From: a virus
Lineage: Duplodnaviria; Heunggongvirae; Uroviricota; Caudoviricetes
IMG/VR virus record: IMGVR_UViG_3300028048_001412
Span: 173,858-237,857 of that record
Length of the DNA stretch: 64,000 nucleotides
Strand: one strand, 5' to 3'
In this document: positions 51,243 to 62,598 of the stretch, piece after piece
How positions within the stretch are numbered: the stretch's first letter is position 1
How the letters are laid out: each line of letters begins with the position of its first letter
Made by a program: the position numbers and the translations under genes
Notes under the pieces: model-generated
Databases searched by the model: none
Told to the model about the DNA's origin: nothing
Seen by the model: the letters and a program-made list of their open reading frames with translations, nothing else

Positions 51243-51807
51243 AGAATTAATTATATCTATTGTATTTATTGTATTATTCATATCTAATGTTATTTGCAAT
51301 CCTAGAGTGGCAATTGTAGGAAATTCTCAAGCTTATTATATGGCTAAAGCAGTAAATGTGGACGATAATGTAAATAATATTTGCAGAACTAATAATGCTG
51401 TTGGAGGAACATTTATTTGGTCTCCTGATATTGAAATATCTACTTTTCCATATAGAGCACATAATTATGATGATTGTATATTATTTTTTGGAACTAATGA
51501 ATTATTAAATAATTTTACATTTAAAGATTATTTTGACTATTTTGTGTATTTCACAAAAGAAATTCATTATAATAATCCAGAAATGATAATAAAAGTAATT
51601 GAAATTCCTAAAGTAAAAGGATATAAACAATATGACGATATTATAAAAGGTTGGAATTATTTATTAAATCTTTATATAGAACAAGTAGAATATTTAGATT
51701 ATGTTAAAATTCCTAATAATCCAACTTTTAAAGATTATATTCATTTAGATGATAATACTTTAATAAAAATATATAATAACGCATTAGGAGGAAAAAATAA
51801 TGTGTAA
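51226..51807 (+). CDS. SGNH/GDSL-like hydrolase, exported
   Basis: VGNS, GG, GTNE, DYIHL blocks. Confidence 0.7.
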   Translation: MKNTIKELIISIVFIVLFISNVICNPRVAIVGNSQAYYMAKAVNVDDNVNNICRTNNAVGGTFIWSPDIEISTFPYRAHNYDDCILFFGTNELLNNFTFKDYFDYFVYFTKEIHYNNPEMIIKVIEIPKVKGYKQYDDIIKGWNYLLNLYIEQVEYLDYVKIPNNPTFKDYIHLDDNTLIKIYNNALGGKNNV

Positions 51808-52210
51808 AGTAATTGAATTGATTGGAATGAGTTTATCTTCAGATTTAATAGGTGATATATCTATTGTAATTGATGATAATACTTATTTACATCAATATTC
51901 TGAAGAAGAACTTAAAGAAAGAATAAGTGAAGGATTTGATGAAGGAGAAATTAGCATAGAAATTCATGATAAAAATCAAGAAACTATATACTATGAGAGT
52001 AATTTTCATACATTAGAAGAAGCTGAAAATAGATTAAAAGTGATTACTTCTATGTGGAAAGGATAAAAATACTTGAAAAAGATATTGATAATTGAAAGTG
52101 TAATATTAGCAATATGTTTATTTACATTAGGAAATTTATATAATAAATATAGCTATTTTTTCTTATCTAGACCTTATGAAGCATTTATTTTAGATAAATC
52201 TTTTGAAATT

Positions 52211-52520
52211 GAACTACCATTGATCTAAAGCTCAATGGATTCCAGTAAATGGTTCAATAGCCTAAGGTAATGAAAAGACCTACGATAGTTAAGTCATAAT
52301 ACCCTTAATTGCCGGACTAGATTGAGGCTCTATTATTTAAGATTAAGTTAGGTATGGAATGTAAAATTATAGCCTTGTGTCTTAAATGTAAAAAGCTTAA
52401 TTATCATTGGCGAAGTCAAGTTGGACTCTAAATTGAGAAATTCAGTTTAGATACACATTAAGGTTTAGTTTTGAACCTGCTTATAGCATTAAATCAAAAC
52501 AAAAATTCTATAAGGAGAAA
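52211..52520 (+). ncRNA. IscB omegaRNA scaffold (HEARO-type)
   Basis: CAATAGCCTAAG, CTACGAT, ACTAG..GCTCT, CATTGGCGAAG motifs upstream of iscB. Confidence 0.85.
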
Positions 52521-52522
52521 AA

Positions 52523-53809
52523 GTGTTGATGGAAAATCAAGAAAACAAAAGCATTAAAACTTATGTATATGTTCTTGACATGAATGGACAACCATTAATG
52601 CCCACAACTCGTTATGGAAAAGTTTACAGATTGTTGAAGCAAAAGAAAGCAAAAGTTATAAGAAAATGTCCATTCACAATTAAATTGCTATATGAACCTG
52701 AAACTCATATAACCCAAGCTTGTAATTTAGGTGTAGATACTGGTTCATCAAAAGTAGGATTTGCTGTTTATGATTCAAATTCAAAAATCTTATATCAATC
52801 TCAAGTTGAATTAAGAAACGACATTAAAGAAAAAATGAATGATAGAAGAGGCTATAGAAGAAGTAGAAGAAATAGACATACGAGATATAGACAAGCAAGA
52901 TGGTTAAACAGAAGAAATTCAATCAAGAAAGATAGATTTTCACCAACTATGATTTCTAAATTTCAAGGCCATATAAGAGAAATTGAATTCATTAAAAAGA
53001 TTTTACCAATAACAAGTTTAATATTAGAAACAGGAAAGTTTAACCCACATTTAATAAAAAATCCAACAATGAATCAACACTGGGGTTATCAGCAAGGACC
53101 AAATTACGGATTTGCAAATACGAAAGCAAAAGTATTGAATAGAGACAACTATACTTGTCAGTTATGTAAAGGTAAACATAAGGATGGTAAATTAGAAGTT
53201 CATCATATTATATTCAGAAGCCAAAATGGCTCAGATGATGAAAACAATTTGATAACATTATGTAAAACTTGTCATGATAAATTACATAAAGATTTCAAAG
53301 AAGGCAAAAAGATATTAAATTTAAAAGGTAAAGTCAAAGGACAATTGAAACATGCAACGCAAATGAATAGCATAAGAATACAATTATTGAAACAATATCC
53401 AGAAGCGATAGAAACATTTGGGTTTATAACAAAAGAAAATCGACAGAAATTAGGATTAGAAAAAGACCATTATATAGATGCTTGTGTTATAGCTTCAGGT
53501 GGAAATAAGTTTATAGATTTAGAAAAAGTATTTTACAAGAAGATAGTTCCTAATGGTGATAGAAGTTTATCAGCTTTCAAAAAAGTTCCGATTTCTATAA
53601 CTAAAGGCAAAATTAATGGGTATAGAAGATATGATAAGGTAGAATATAAGAATAAGATATATTTTGTAAATGGAAGAATGAGTTCAGGATATAGTATAAT
53701 TCAAGATATATCTGGAAACAAACCAAATACTGGATATAAAACATTGGGATATGTTAAAACAAAAGATTTAAAAAGAATTCAATCTTGTAAAGGATTTATG
53801 GTAGCATGA
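52523..53809 (+). CDS. iscB: IscB RNA-guided endonuclease
   Basis: PLMP, GVDTGS (RuvC-I), Arg-rich bridge helix, ILETG, CxxC..HHI..NLITLCxxCH (HNH), HYIDA. Confidence 0.95.
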   Translation: MLMENQENKSIKTYVYVLDMNGQPLMPTTRYGKVYRLLKQKKAKVIRKCPFTIKLLYEPETHITQACNLGVDTGSSKVGFAVYDSNSKILYQSQVELRNDIKEKMNDRRGYRRSRRNRHTRYRQARWLNRRNSIKKDRFSPTMISKFQGHIREIEFIKKILPITSLILETGKFNPHLIKNPTMNQHWGYQQGPNYGFANTKAKVLNRDNYTCQLCKGKHKDGKLEVHHIIFRSQNGSDDENNLITLCKTCHDKLHKDFKEGKKILNLKGKVKGQLKHATQMNSIRIQLLKQYPEAIETFGFITKENRQKLGLEKDHYIDACVIASGGNKFIDLEKVFYKKIVPNGDRSLSAFKKVPISITKGKINGYRRYDKVEYKNKIYFVNGRMSSGYSIIQDISGNKPNTGYKTLGYVKTKDLKRIQSCKGFMVA

Positions 53810-53890
53810 ACAAAAATTACTTAAAATTCAAGAGTCTTTACATCCATTAGTCTAAAGCCTAATGGTTTTACAGACTCAGGGTATAAAAAT

Positions 53891-54214
53891 ATGAAAACAG
53901 AAACTAAAGTTATAAATTTCATAAATCATTTTAAAGAAATGTATCCTAAACAAATAGAAGATATGTTTTTACATGGTCTTTGTTATTGGTTTTCTCATAT
54001 ATTAAAAACTCAATTTGATGGTGAACAATATTACGATCCAGTAGGTGGTCATTTTATAACAAAAATAGAAGATCATTTTTATGATATAAGAGGAAATGTA
54101 GATAATGAATATTTAGGTGAAAATGAAGATATAGTTAATTGGAATGAATATCAAGAATACGAAGATTTAGATTCTAGTAGAGTTATTAAATATTGTAAGG
54201 ATTTAAAGGAGTAA
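53891..54214 (+). CDS. hypothetical protein
   Basis: 107-aa ORF, GLCYWF..L..HFI..YDIRG. Confidence 0.7.
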   Translation: MKTETKVINFINHFKEMYPKQIEDMFLHGLCYWFSHILKTQFDGEQYYDPVGGHFITKIEDHFYDIRGNVDNEYLGENEDIVNWNEYQEYEDLDSSRVIKYCKDLKE

Positions 54215-54480
54215 ATACTTATAGAACTTAAATAAAACATAATATTTTCAACATAAATTTGATAAATTTCATAATATTTTTTATAGATTTATTATGAAAA
54301 TAAAAGTATAATATTATAATAATATTAAATAGGAGATGCGTTATGGATCCTAGAAAAATAGCAGAATATGAAGAACAATTAGCAGAAGAACAATTTGTAG
54401 AATACATGTTATGGAAGGAAGAACAAGAAAGAATTGCTAATGAAATGATTGAAAAAGGATTGGTTGAGGTATAATTATTT

Positions 54481-55149
54481 ATGAAAGTACTCGCGATAGG
54501 AGACATTCATCAAACTGAAAATTGGAAAAGATTTGACTTTACCAAATATGATAAAGTTATCTTTTTGGGTGATTATTTTGATGATCATGGTTCTAATTGG
54601 TCTAAATTGAATCCTATATCTAATCTATTAGAAATATTATCTTTACAATCTCAAGATCATGAAAAATACGTAGTATTAGCAGGCAACCATGATTTCCAGT
54701 ATTTAGCAGATGAAGAATATTCTGGAAAACAAGTAAATATGCAATGGGATATTAAAGAATTTTTAGAACAACATCTAAAAGAATTTAGATTATGCTATCA
54801 AATTGAAGATTATTTATTTAGTCATGCAGGAGTTTCTTCTATGTGGGCTAAAGAGATGAAAATAAATGATGTTAAAACTATAAATAGTTTTCTATGGAAT
54901 AAATGTTATCCATTATTGGGATTTTATCCTTGGGATTTTTCTATGTGCGGCCGACACCCTATGCAATCCTTAATTTGGATTAGGCCAGAAGCCCTATGTG
55001 AATATCCTTGGAAAAATTATAATCAAGTTGTAGGCCATACTTCAAATATAGGAAATAATGGAGTTGCAATATTTAATATGAAAAATGACAAGAAATTATA
55101 TGTTGTGGATAATCAAGAACATACAGCATATTTGGAATTGGAGATATAA
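54481..55149 (+). CDS. metallophosphoesterase
   Basis: GDIH, GDYFD, GNHD, SHAG, GHT. Confidence 0.9.
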   Translation: MKVLAIGDIHQTENWKRFDFTKYDKVIFLGDYFDDHGSNWSKLNPISNLLEILSLQSQDHEKYVVLAGNHDFQYLADEEYSGKQVNMQWDIKEFLEQHLKEFRLCYQIEDYLFSHAGVSSMWAKEMKINDVKTINSFLWNKCYPLLGFYPWDFSMCGRHPMQSLIWIRPEALCEYPWKNYNQVVGHTSNIGNNGVAIFNMKNDKKLYVVDNQEHTAYLELEI

Positions 55150-55201
55150 TATGAAAAATGCTCTGTTATATTAAATAGTTTATAAAAAAGAGGAAGAAGA
55201 T

Positions 55202-55546
55202 TTGCAAGTTCAAAGGGTTCAAAAAATAAATATTGATAAAAGCTATGAATATTATTCTTATTTGAAGTATTTATGCAAAGTATCTAAAAATTTATATAAT
55301 CAAGCATTGTTTATTCAAAGACAACATTTTATTGATTCTGGTTATTATGAGAATTATAACGATTTAGATAAACTTGCTAAAATTGATGGTTCACCTTTAT
55401 ATAAAAATTATCATATTTTACCAGTTCAAGTCGCTCAACAAACGTTGAGAGTTTTGGATAAAAATTGGAAATCATTTTTTGAAAGCATTAAAGCATATAA
55501 AAAGAGCCCAAATAAATTTACAGGAAGACCAAAAATGTTAAAATAA
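55202..55546 (+). pseudogene. tnpB: truncated tnpB (N-terminal part only)
   Basis: SKNLYNQAL..RQ, AQQTLR.LDKNWKSFF, GRPKM then stop; no RuvC. Confidence 0.85.
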
Positions 55547-55785
55547 TTTTATTAAAAAGGATTAAATTAAAATGTATTCTTTAGATGAAATAAGAAAATT
55601 TAAAAAAGATAATTCTATAGAATGGCAATTAGCCGGATGGACTTTAGCTAGACAAACTCTAGTGGAAATGATATTAAACGGTGAAATTCATAGTTATAAA
55701 AAAGTAATGGAAATAGAAAAAGAATTTGAAATTCCTCATGAAAAATGGTCATCATTCGGTTATTTAGAAAAGGATTATTACGGAG

Positions 55786-56931
55786 ATGAAAATAATTAAT
55801 TTAAAAGATTGTAAAGAAGATTTAAATAGAGATTTTGAAGGATCATCTAATAATTTGGCTGTTATTTATGATAATAACAGTTATATGGTAAAGTTTAATA
55901 AAACTAAACAAAAAAATGACAATAATTCTCTATTAACTATTCATAGACAATCAGCATTAACAGAATATATTTCTAGTAAAATAATCAATTCTATTTATAA
56001 CTATAGTCAAGAAGTAGAATTAGGATATGATTATAAAAAAGATGATTATTGTATATTATGTAAAAACTTTTTAAAAAATTCAGAGGACATTATAACTATA
56101 GAAAAAAGATCTTCTAGAGATTGTACCTATAATGTTAATTTTGTAAATAATTGGGATAAATATATTATTCCTACTATTTTTCCAAGAATTCCTTCTCAAA
56201 TACATGATAAATTAAAAACTCATTATTTTATACAATTAATATTAGATTATTTAATTGCCAATACTGATAGACATGTAGGAAATTGGGGATTTATATATGA
56301 TAGAAATACTGGACTAGTAAGAGTTTGTCCAATATTTGATAATGGTTCTTCTTTGGGAGTAAGCATAAGATTAAATAAAAATACATCTTTAGAAATGATT
56401 GATGATATTTTAACAAATTATCCTGTAATAAATGGTAAAAAAATAAAGACGGATTCTATACTTAATAAAGAACTTCCAGTTTCTTTTTATAAAACTAGAG
56501 ATATTTTAAAAAATAAAATTGATTTAAATAATTGTCTAAATATATTTAATGAAATATTAAATGTGAAAGACATTCCTAAAGAAAGAATAGAAATTTGTAA
56601 AAATATATTTTTATATAGATATAATGTATTATTTAATGATAAAATATTATCTGAAAATGATAATCCTGTAAAAGATAAAAAATTAATGTATTGCTATAAA
56701 TTTAATATAGATTCTAAAAATATAATTCAATTATTAAAAGAAAATATAAATGATAATGTTTGGCAAAAAGAAAAAGATAAATTAGATAATGGCAATAATA
56801 GAAAATATGGAAATACTCTTTATAATTTATATGTTTCCGATGATGAAAAATATTTTACTATTTATTGTTATAATGCAAAATCAATTGATAATATCAAAGA
56901 AATTTGTTTAAGAAATATTAAAAAGAAATAA
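55786..56931 (+). CDS. HipA-like kinase domain protein
   Basis: YMVKF, EYISS, D.LIANTDRH.GNWGF, PIFDNGSSL. Confidence 0.85.
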   Translation: MKIINLKDCKEDLNRDFEGSSNNLAVIYDNNSYMVKFNKTKQKNDNNSLLTIHRQSALTEYISSKIINSIYNYSQEVELGYDYKKDDYCILCKNFLKNSEDIITIEKRSSRDCTYNVNFVNNWDKYIIPTIFPRIPSQIHDKLKTHYFIQLILDYLIANTDRHVGNWGFIYDRNTGLVRVCPIFDNGSSLGVSIRLNKNTSLEMIDDILTNYPVINGKKIKTDSILNKELPVSFYKTRDILKNKIDLNNCLNIFNEILNVKDIPKERIEICKNIFLYRYNVLFNDKILSENDNPVKDKKLMYCYKFNIDSKNIIQLLKENINDNVWQKEKDKLDNGNNRKYGNTLYNLYVSDDEKYFTIYCYNAKSIDNIKEICLRNIKKK

Positions 56932-57162
56932 TTTTATTGAGGAGGAAAAACAATATGTCAAAAAACAAAAGGCCATTTACTGAGGAAGGCAAAAAGATGA
57001 TTCAATTCAATAGAATGATGGCTAAAGTAGAAGTTGAATTACAAAGAAAAGCTCAAGAAAGAAATAAAAACAGAGAAAATAAGAAAAATAATAATAAAAA
57101 GGATTCAAAGTAAATGTTTAATACTATCTTTTTTACAGGAGTAATAGTAGTGGAACTTATAG

Positions 57163-59607
57163 TTGCTATATGGATTATTATTTCTGAAAAGAAACGTGAG
57201 GAGAAAGAAAATGCCAGAAAATCACATAAAACTTCCAATTGATGAAGCGAATTTTCTAGTAGGATTTGCTGAATGTTGGGAAAATGAATTATTTCATGCA
57301 GTTCCAGAAGATGAATTTATAAGATTTATGGAATTATGTAATAAAATGAAAGCTGAATTAGAATACAATGAACAATATACTAGAAGGAGTTATGAAAATG
57401 AAGAAAGTAGATAAATATAAGAAAGAAATAGAATCTTATATTGAAAAACAATTAGAAAGAATTAAAAAAGCAGATAAAATATCTAAAATTCAACAAGCAA
57501 TAGATACTTTAGATCAGGATTTATTAGAATATTCTAGTAAATTAGAAAAGAAATTTACTCATGGAAAGTATATGCCTACTAATAAAGAATTAGATTCTTT
57601 CTTTGATCAAGAAGATTAATTTTCGGAGGTTCATAATGTCTTACACTGCTATTAATATTGATAAACAGGAATTTATTAAAAGTTTAGATGAAACTATAAA
57701 TATAATTAGAGATAATGATTTTAATATATCAAAAATTACTTTATATTTATGTAGAGAAAAATCTAATGAAAAATTTAATATTGATGTTCCTTTCGACTTT
57801 CTAGTAAAATCTTATGAAGATTTAAGACAACCATTAATGGAAAATATCGATAAGATATTATTAGAAATGAATCAATATAAAGTAGCGCTAGATGAAATAG
57901 AATTAGAATTAGTAAAAGACGAAAATACTATAAAAATACCTTTTATCACAAGTCTTTTAGAATTTTGTAAGGAAAGAATGAAAGAAAAGGAAATTATAGA
58001 TGAAATTAATTAATAGAGTTTTTACTAATCATAAAGAATTTGATAAATGGGCTCAAGAACAAAATGTAGAAAATGTATTTAAAATCAGATTAGATAATTA
58101 CAATCCAGATTATTGGTCAATAATTATACATAAGAAAGAGCATTTTAAAGATTGGGATTCTGATTTGGTATTATTATCTCCATTGGAAATATATGATTAC
58201 AAAGATAATAAATATGATTTAGTGTATCCACAAATGGGTCCAATCAACTGGAATACATTAGAAGTATTAGAAGAATATACGGAAGATGAAGTAGTAAAAA
58301 TCATAACTAAAAATCCAGATGCTAAAGTATATTTAAGAGATAGAAAAGAATAATTGTTTAAATTAGTAAGGAGGAAATTTATATGAGAAAAGATAATAAA
58401 TATGCTGGAATATACGATATTTTAGTATTAGATACTAAATATGATCTTTTCATAGATAATGATCCTTCTTATTTAGATTCTAATGATGCTGATGGATTAA
58501 CTGATGATATATTGAAAACAATTCATATAAAAAATGTATTTAAATTATATGATGATAAGAAATTTGCAGAAGAAGAATTTAAAAGAATATTGAGACATGA
58601 ACTTATACACGCTTTTATACATGAATGTGGTTTAACTGAAAATACTTCTAAAGATGTTAACTGGGCCGTAGATGAAGGTATGACTGATTTCTGGGCATTA
58701 CAATATTATAAGATAGGTAAATTATTTGAAGATGCTTATTCTATAATTCCTGAAATAAAAAAGAAAACCTATTTTGAATTGGATAAAAATTCTGGAATTA
58801 AAACTTCTAGAAGAGGCAAGAAATATAAAATTTAAGGAGAATTTCTATGAATAATACTACTGGCAATTTAACTCAAGAAGAAAAACAAGAAATGAATGAA
58901 TTATTAGATAATTATGAAAGTGTATTTGATGCTATTCATGACGAGAGATTATGTTATTTATTTGATAAAAAGGCAGGCCTTGTTTAATAATGGATTATAA
59001 TGATTTCTTTGATAATTTCACAGTAGAACAACTTAATCAATTATATGACATGTTTGATAATTCCATTCACGATATGAAAGAAGGATTAAAAATATTAGAT
59101 TCAATTGGTGAAGTTACTGATAAGAAAGAAAAAGAACTTATGAAAATAGACGTTAAGAAATATACAGGGAGATGGAAAAATGACAATTAATTTAAATATA
59201 TTTTCTATAGTCTTAATATTAGGAATAGTTTTCATTCTTATATTTAGAATGTTTCAATTTCTTTTTATTAATTTTCCTGTAGATAGTGTAGAATTTATGG
59301 GTCATATTATTTGGAGAAAAAAAATCAAATGAATAATCATAAATGTTTTTACTTTAGAAATACAAAACCAGATATAGATTATAATAATTTTTCATTTCCA
59401 GAAGACATGAAAAAGATAGTCAATTACTTAAGAGACATAGGAACAATAGAAGTTCCTATTTACTTAATTGAAAGATTGTATAAAGATTTTAGTGATAATG
59501 TATGTGCAAGTTGGTTAAAAGTAGATGATAATACTTTAGAAGATTTTGCAGAATACTTATCTAAATTAAATATAGAAAAAGCATTTAATATTAAGGAGGA
59601 ATTATGA
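57163..59607 (+). other. block of small hypothetical genes
   Basis: Packed + strand ORFs. Confidence 0.65.
58383..58835 (+). CDS. phage metallopeptidase-like protein
   Basis: LRHELIHAF..E. Confidence 0.7.
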   Translation: MRKDNKYAGIYDILVLDTKYDLFIDNDPSYLDSNDADGLTDDILKTIHIKNVFKLYDDKKFAEEEFKRILRHELIHAFIHECGLTENTSKDVNWAVDEGMTDFWALQYYKIGKLFEDAYSIIPEIKKKTYFELDKNSGIKTSRRGKKYKI

Positions 59608-60125
59608 TTAAGTTTCACAAAATAAGTTTAGAACAATGGGATAAAGATTTTGCAGTAGAAATATGTGATAAAAATGGAAATCCCAAGGAATATAAATGGG
59701 TATATCCATCTAATCCTTATGATGAAATAAAATTACCAAAAAGAGCAACTAAATTCTCGGCAGGATATGATATTTATAGTCCAGTTGATTTTAAATTAGA
59801 ACCTGGAGATGTCATTAAATTACCTTTAGGAATTAGAGTTGAAATGAATGATAATGTATTCTTAATGATTGTCCCTCGTTCTGGATTAGGATTTAAATAT
59901 GGATTTCAACTTACTAATACATGTGGGATAATTGACAAGGATTATTTTTATTCAGATAATGAAGGTCATATCCATGGTAAATTTATAAATACTTTGCATA
60001 AAACATTAGAAATTAAGAAAGGTGAAGCTATTTGTCAAGGTATATTTATGAATTATCTAATTACTGATGATGACAATGCTGATGGAATTAGAAATGGAGG
60101 ATTTGGTTCAACTTCGAAAGGTTAA
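59604..60125 (+). CDS. dut: trimeric dUTPase
   Basis: SAGYD, PRSG, GIIDKDY, CQGI, RNGGFGST. Confidence 0.95.
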   Translation: MIKFHKISLEQWDKDFAVEICDKNGNPKEYKWVYPSNPYDEIKLPKRATKFSAGYDIYSPVDFKLEPGDVIKLPLGIRVEMNDNVFLMIVPRSGLGFKYGFQLTNTCGIIDKDYFYSDNEGHIHGKFINTLHKTLEIKKGEAICQGIFMNYLITDDDNADGIRNGGFGSTSKG

Positions 60126-60267
60126 AAAATGTTAGAATTAGGATTTGTAATTTTAGGATTAGGTTTTTTATCTGGAACTAGTATTATAATAATTATAGGA
60201 TGTTTAATGTTATTAGCATCTAAAGACGAAATGTAGGATAGACTCAATTTATTAAAAGGATAAGAAT

Positions 60268-62586
60268 ATGAAAAAAGTTTTCTGTTATGTTTATGAAAAT
60301 AATAATTTTGAAAATAGAACTCAAGAAGATTTTTCTAAAATAAACGTATTTATTAAAGGTAATTCTTTTGAAAAAGATGGTAAACGTTTATGGGAATATT
60401 TTCATAAGAGATTAAAAGATGAAAAACAAAACGTAATAAAAGAATCCTTTTCCATTGATAAACAAGGAAAAAATCAATTTATTTTAATATATGGATACGG
60501 AGAAGAAGCTAATAAACTTAAAGAATCATTATTATTGCAGAAGAAAGAAAAAGAAGAATTAGATAATATAGTAAGTAATCTTAAAAATTACATAAAAGAT
60601 TATGATAAATGGGGAGATCCTAAATATAAAAACCTTTTAATTCATCTTTTAAAACATTATCCTACTATTTCAGATAATCAAAAGAAAGTATTATATATTT
60701 CTAATTCTAAATTGCAGAAATATCTTAATAATAAAAATGATGTTAGTACTATAATAAATGAAAATTCAGAATCTTTAACTGAAAATCAAAATAACATAGA
60801 TAATAGAAATATAGATATAGATGAATTAGAAGTAAGTTTAAAATATGGAGAAGATTTATTAAATCAATTATTATCTACATTTAAGAATGATATAATAAAT
60901 TATTCTAAAAATAATTGTCTAAAATATATAAAATTGGCAAAAACATTTAATGAATGGCCATGGAATAGAAAACGAATAATTATAGATAATGAGATTAAAT
61001 CCAATTTTCAACCTAAACTTTCAACAATTAAAACTTTTAATATAATTAAATTATATCCTTATTGGTATGATTCTTTAGGTGGATATATAATGTTAGTATC
61101 TATAAATAATGTTAATCATATTATAGATATAAATTATGAATATATAAATAAAAAAGAAAATGGGTTAATATTTGAATCTCCTAATATAAATTCAAATAAT
61201 TTTACCATAGATTTCATTAGAACAATTATTGATGATATAGATCAAGAAATAATTACTGATGCATTTTATGATATAAGAAAAGATAATGAGGATGAACAAG
61301 GCGAAAAGATAGAGTCTAAAATATTAGGAAAATATGAATTTTTACATTCTTTAAGCAGCCCATCTATTCCAGAATATATAAATAATTATAATTCTAATCC
61401 AGGATTTGATAAAAACATAGATGATTCTCAATTTTTAGAATTACAAAAGGTTCCAGATGAAAATATAGAAGATTCTCATGTTAAAAAGAGTTATTATTTT
61501 TGTTTTAAAATAATTATTGGAAAAATTTCATTTATTGAATATGATGGACATAATTATTTATATATGAGCATTAATAGTCCAGTTCTAAAAAATAAAATTA
61601 ATATAGCATATAATATAGATGATATTTCATTGGAAGATTTTAACAATCAAGAGACTATTTTAAAACTTATTAAATTAGAGCATTTGAAAAATGTTAATGG
61701 AAAATATATTGCTCATGAATCAATTCATATGATGTATATGGGCGATTCAGATGAAAATAATACATTAAAAATCAATAGTAGAAACGAATTTATAGATAAT
61801 TTAATAGAAGTATTAGAAAATCTAAATAGTGCGGATTCTAAAAATCCTGATAATATTGGAGAATTATATAAAGGCGAATCACCTTATGAATACAATGAAA
61901 ATAAAATAAAAATCCGAGAAAATAATTTAAAAGATATTCTTTTAAACTATAAAAATGGAAATATTAAAAAAGAAGAAACTATTTCTAAAATAATGTCATT
62001 AAATGATAAGAAATATTCAAATAAGAATACTATTGAATTATTATTAAAAGAGATTGATTCTATGGGTTCGAAAGATCAAAATAAATATAATATTTTAGAA
62101 ATGAAACCTGAATATTTTGAATTATTTTTAGGAAAAGGATTTGATAGCTGGGATGAAGGGGATGAACCAGTATATGATCATTTTAGAGATGATTGGGAAG
62201 ATACAAGCGATGATTGTGAGGATCCTAGAGATGAATATGAACATAAAATATATAATATTTATAAAGATGATGAAAAAAGAGATAGAGCATTTGAACATTT
62301 AAAAGCATTACATTATGAAGAAGCACATAATAGAAATATAAAAGATAAAAATTTAAATATTACAGGCAGTTGTTTTACATATGGAGCTGTATATTCTGGA
62401 ATTTTATTCTATGATACTTATAAAGGAAAAAATTATATTGTAGGTGGAGTATATGATTATGGACAGGAAGAAGGAGGATATTGTGAAGTATATGAGGCCG
62501 GAAAAATAACTAAAGGATTTTTTGAAAAGAATTTTAAAGAAATAATTAAAGTATATTTAACTATGGATCATACAGATGTAAATTAA
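60268..62586 (+). CDS. large hypothetical protein
   Basis: 772-aa uninterrupted ORF, no motif recognised. Confidence 0.7.
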   Translation: MKKVFCYVYENNNFENRTQEDFSKINVFIKGNSFEKDGKRLWEYFHKRLKDEKQNVIKESFSIDKQGKNQFILIYGYGEEANKLKESLLLQKKEKEELDNIVSNLKNYIKDYDKWGDPKYKNLLIHLLKHYPTISDNQKKVLYISNSKLQKYLNNKNDVSTIINENSESLTENQNNIDNRNIDIDELEVSLKYGEDLLNQLLSTFKNDIINYSKNNCLKYIKLAKTFNEWPWNRKRIIIDNEIKSNFQPKLSTIKTFNIIKLYPYWYDSLGGYIMLVSINNVNHIIDINYEYINKKENGLIFESPNINSNNFTIDFIRTIIDDIDQEIITDAFYDIRKDNEDEQGEKIESKILGKYEFLHSLSSPSIPEYINNYNSNPGFDKNIDDSQFLELQKVPDENIEDSHVKKSYYFCFKIIIGKISFIEYDGHNYLYMSINSPVLKNKINIAYNIDDISLEDFNNQETILKLIKLEHLKNVNGKYIAHESIHMMYMGDSDENNTLKINSRNEFIDNLIEVLENLNSADSKNPDNIGELYKGESPYEYNENKIKIRENNLKDILLNYKNGNIKKEETISKIMSLNDKKYSNKNTIELLLKEIDSMGSKDQNKYNILEMKPEYFELFLGKGFDSWDEGDEPVYDHFRDDWEDTSDDCEDPRDEYEHKIYNIYKDDEKRDRAFEHLKALHYEEAHNRNIKDKNLNITGSCFTYGAVYSGILFYDTYKGKNYIVGGVYDYGQEEGGYCEVYEAGKITKGFFEKNFKEIIKVYLTMDHTDVN

Positions 62587-62598
62587 AAGGATTGTGAA

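Larger units (their letters stand above)
52211..53882 (+). mobile_element. non-autonomous IscB element (IS200/IS605 superfamily)
   Basis: Matching end hairpins CCATTGATCTAAAGCTCAATGG and CCATTAGTCTAAAGCCTAATGG flank omegaRNA plus iscB. Confidence 0.85.
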
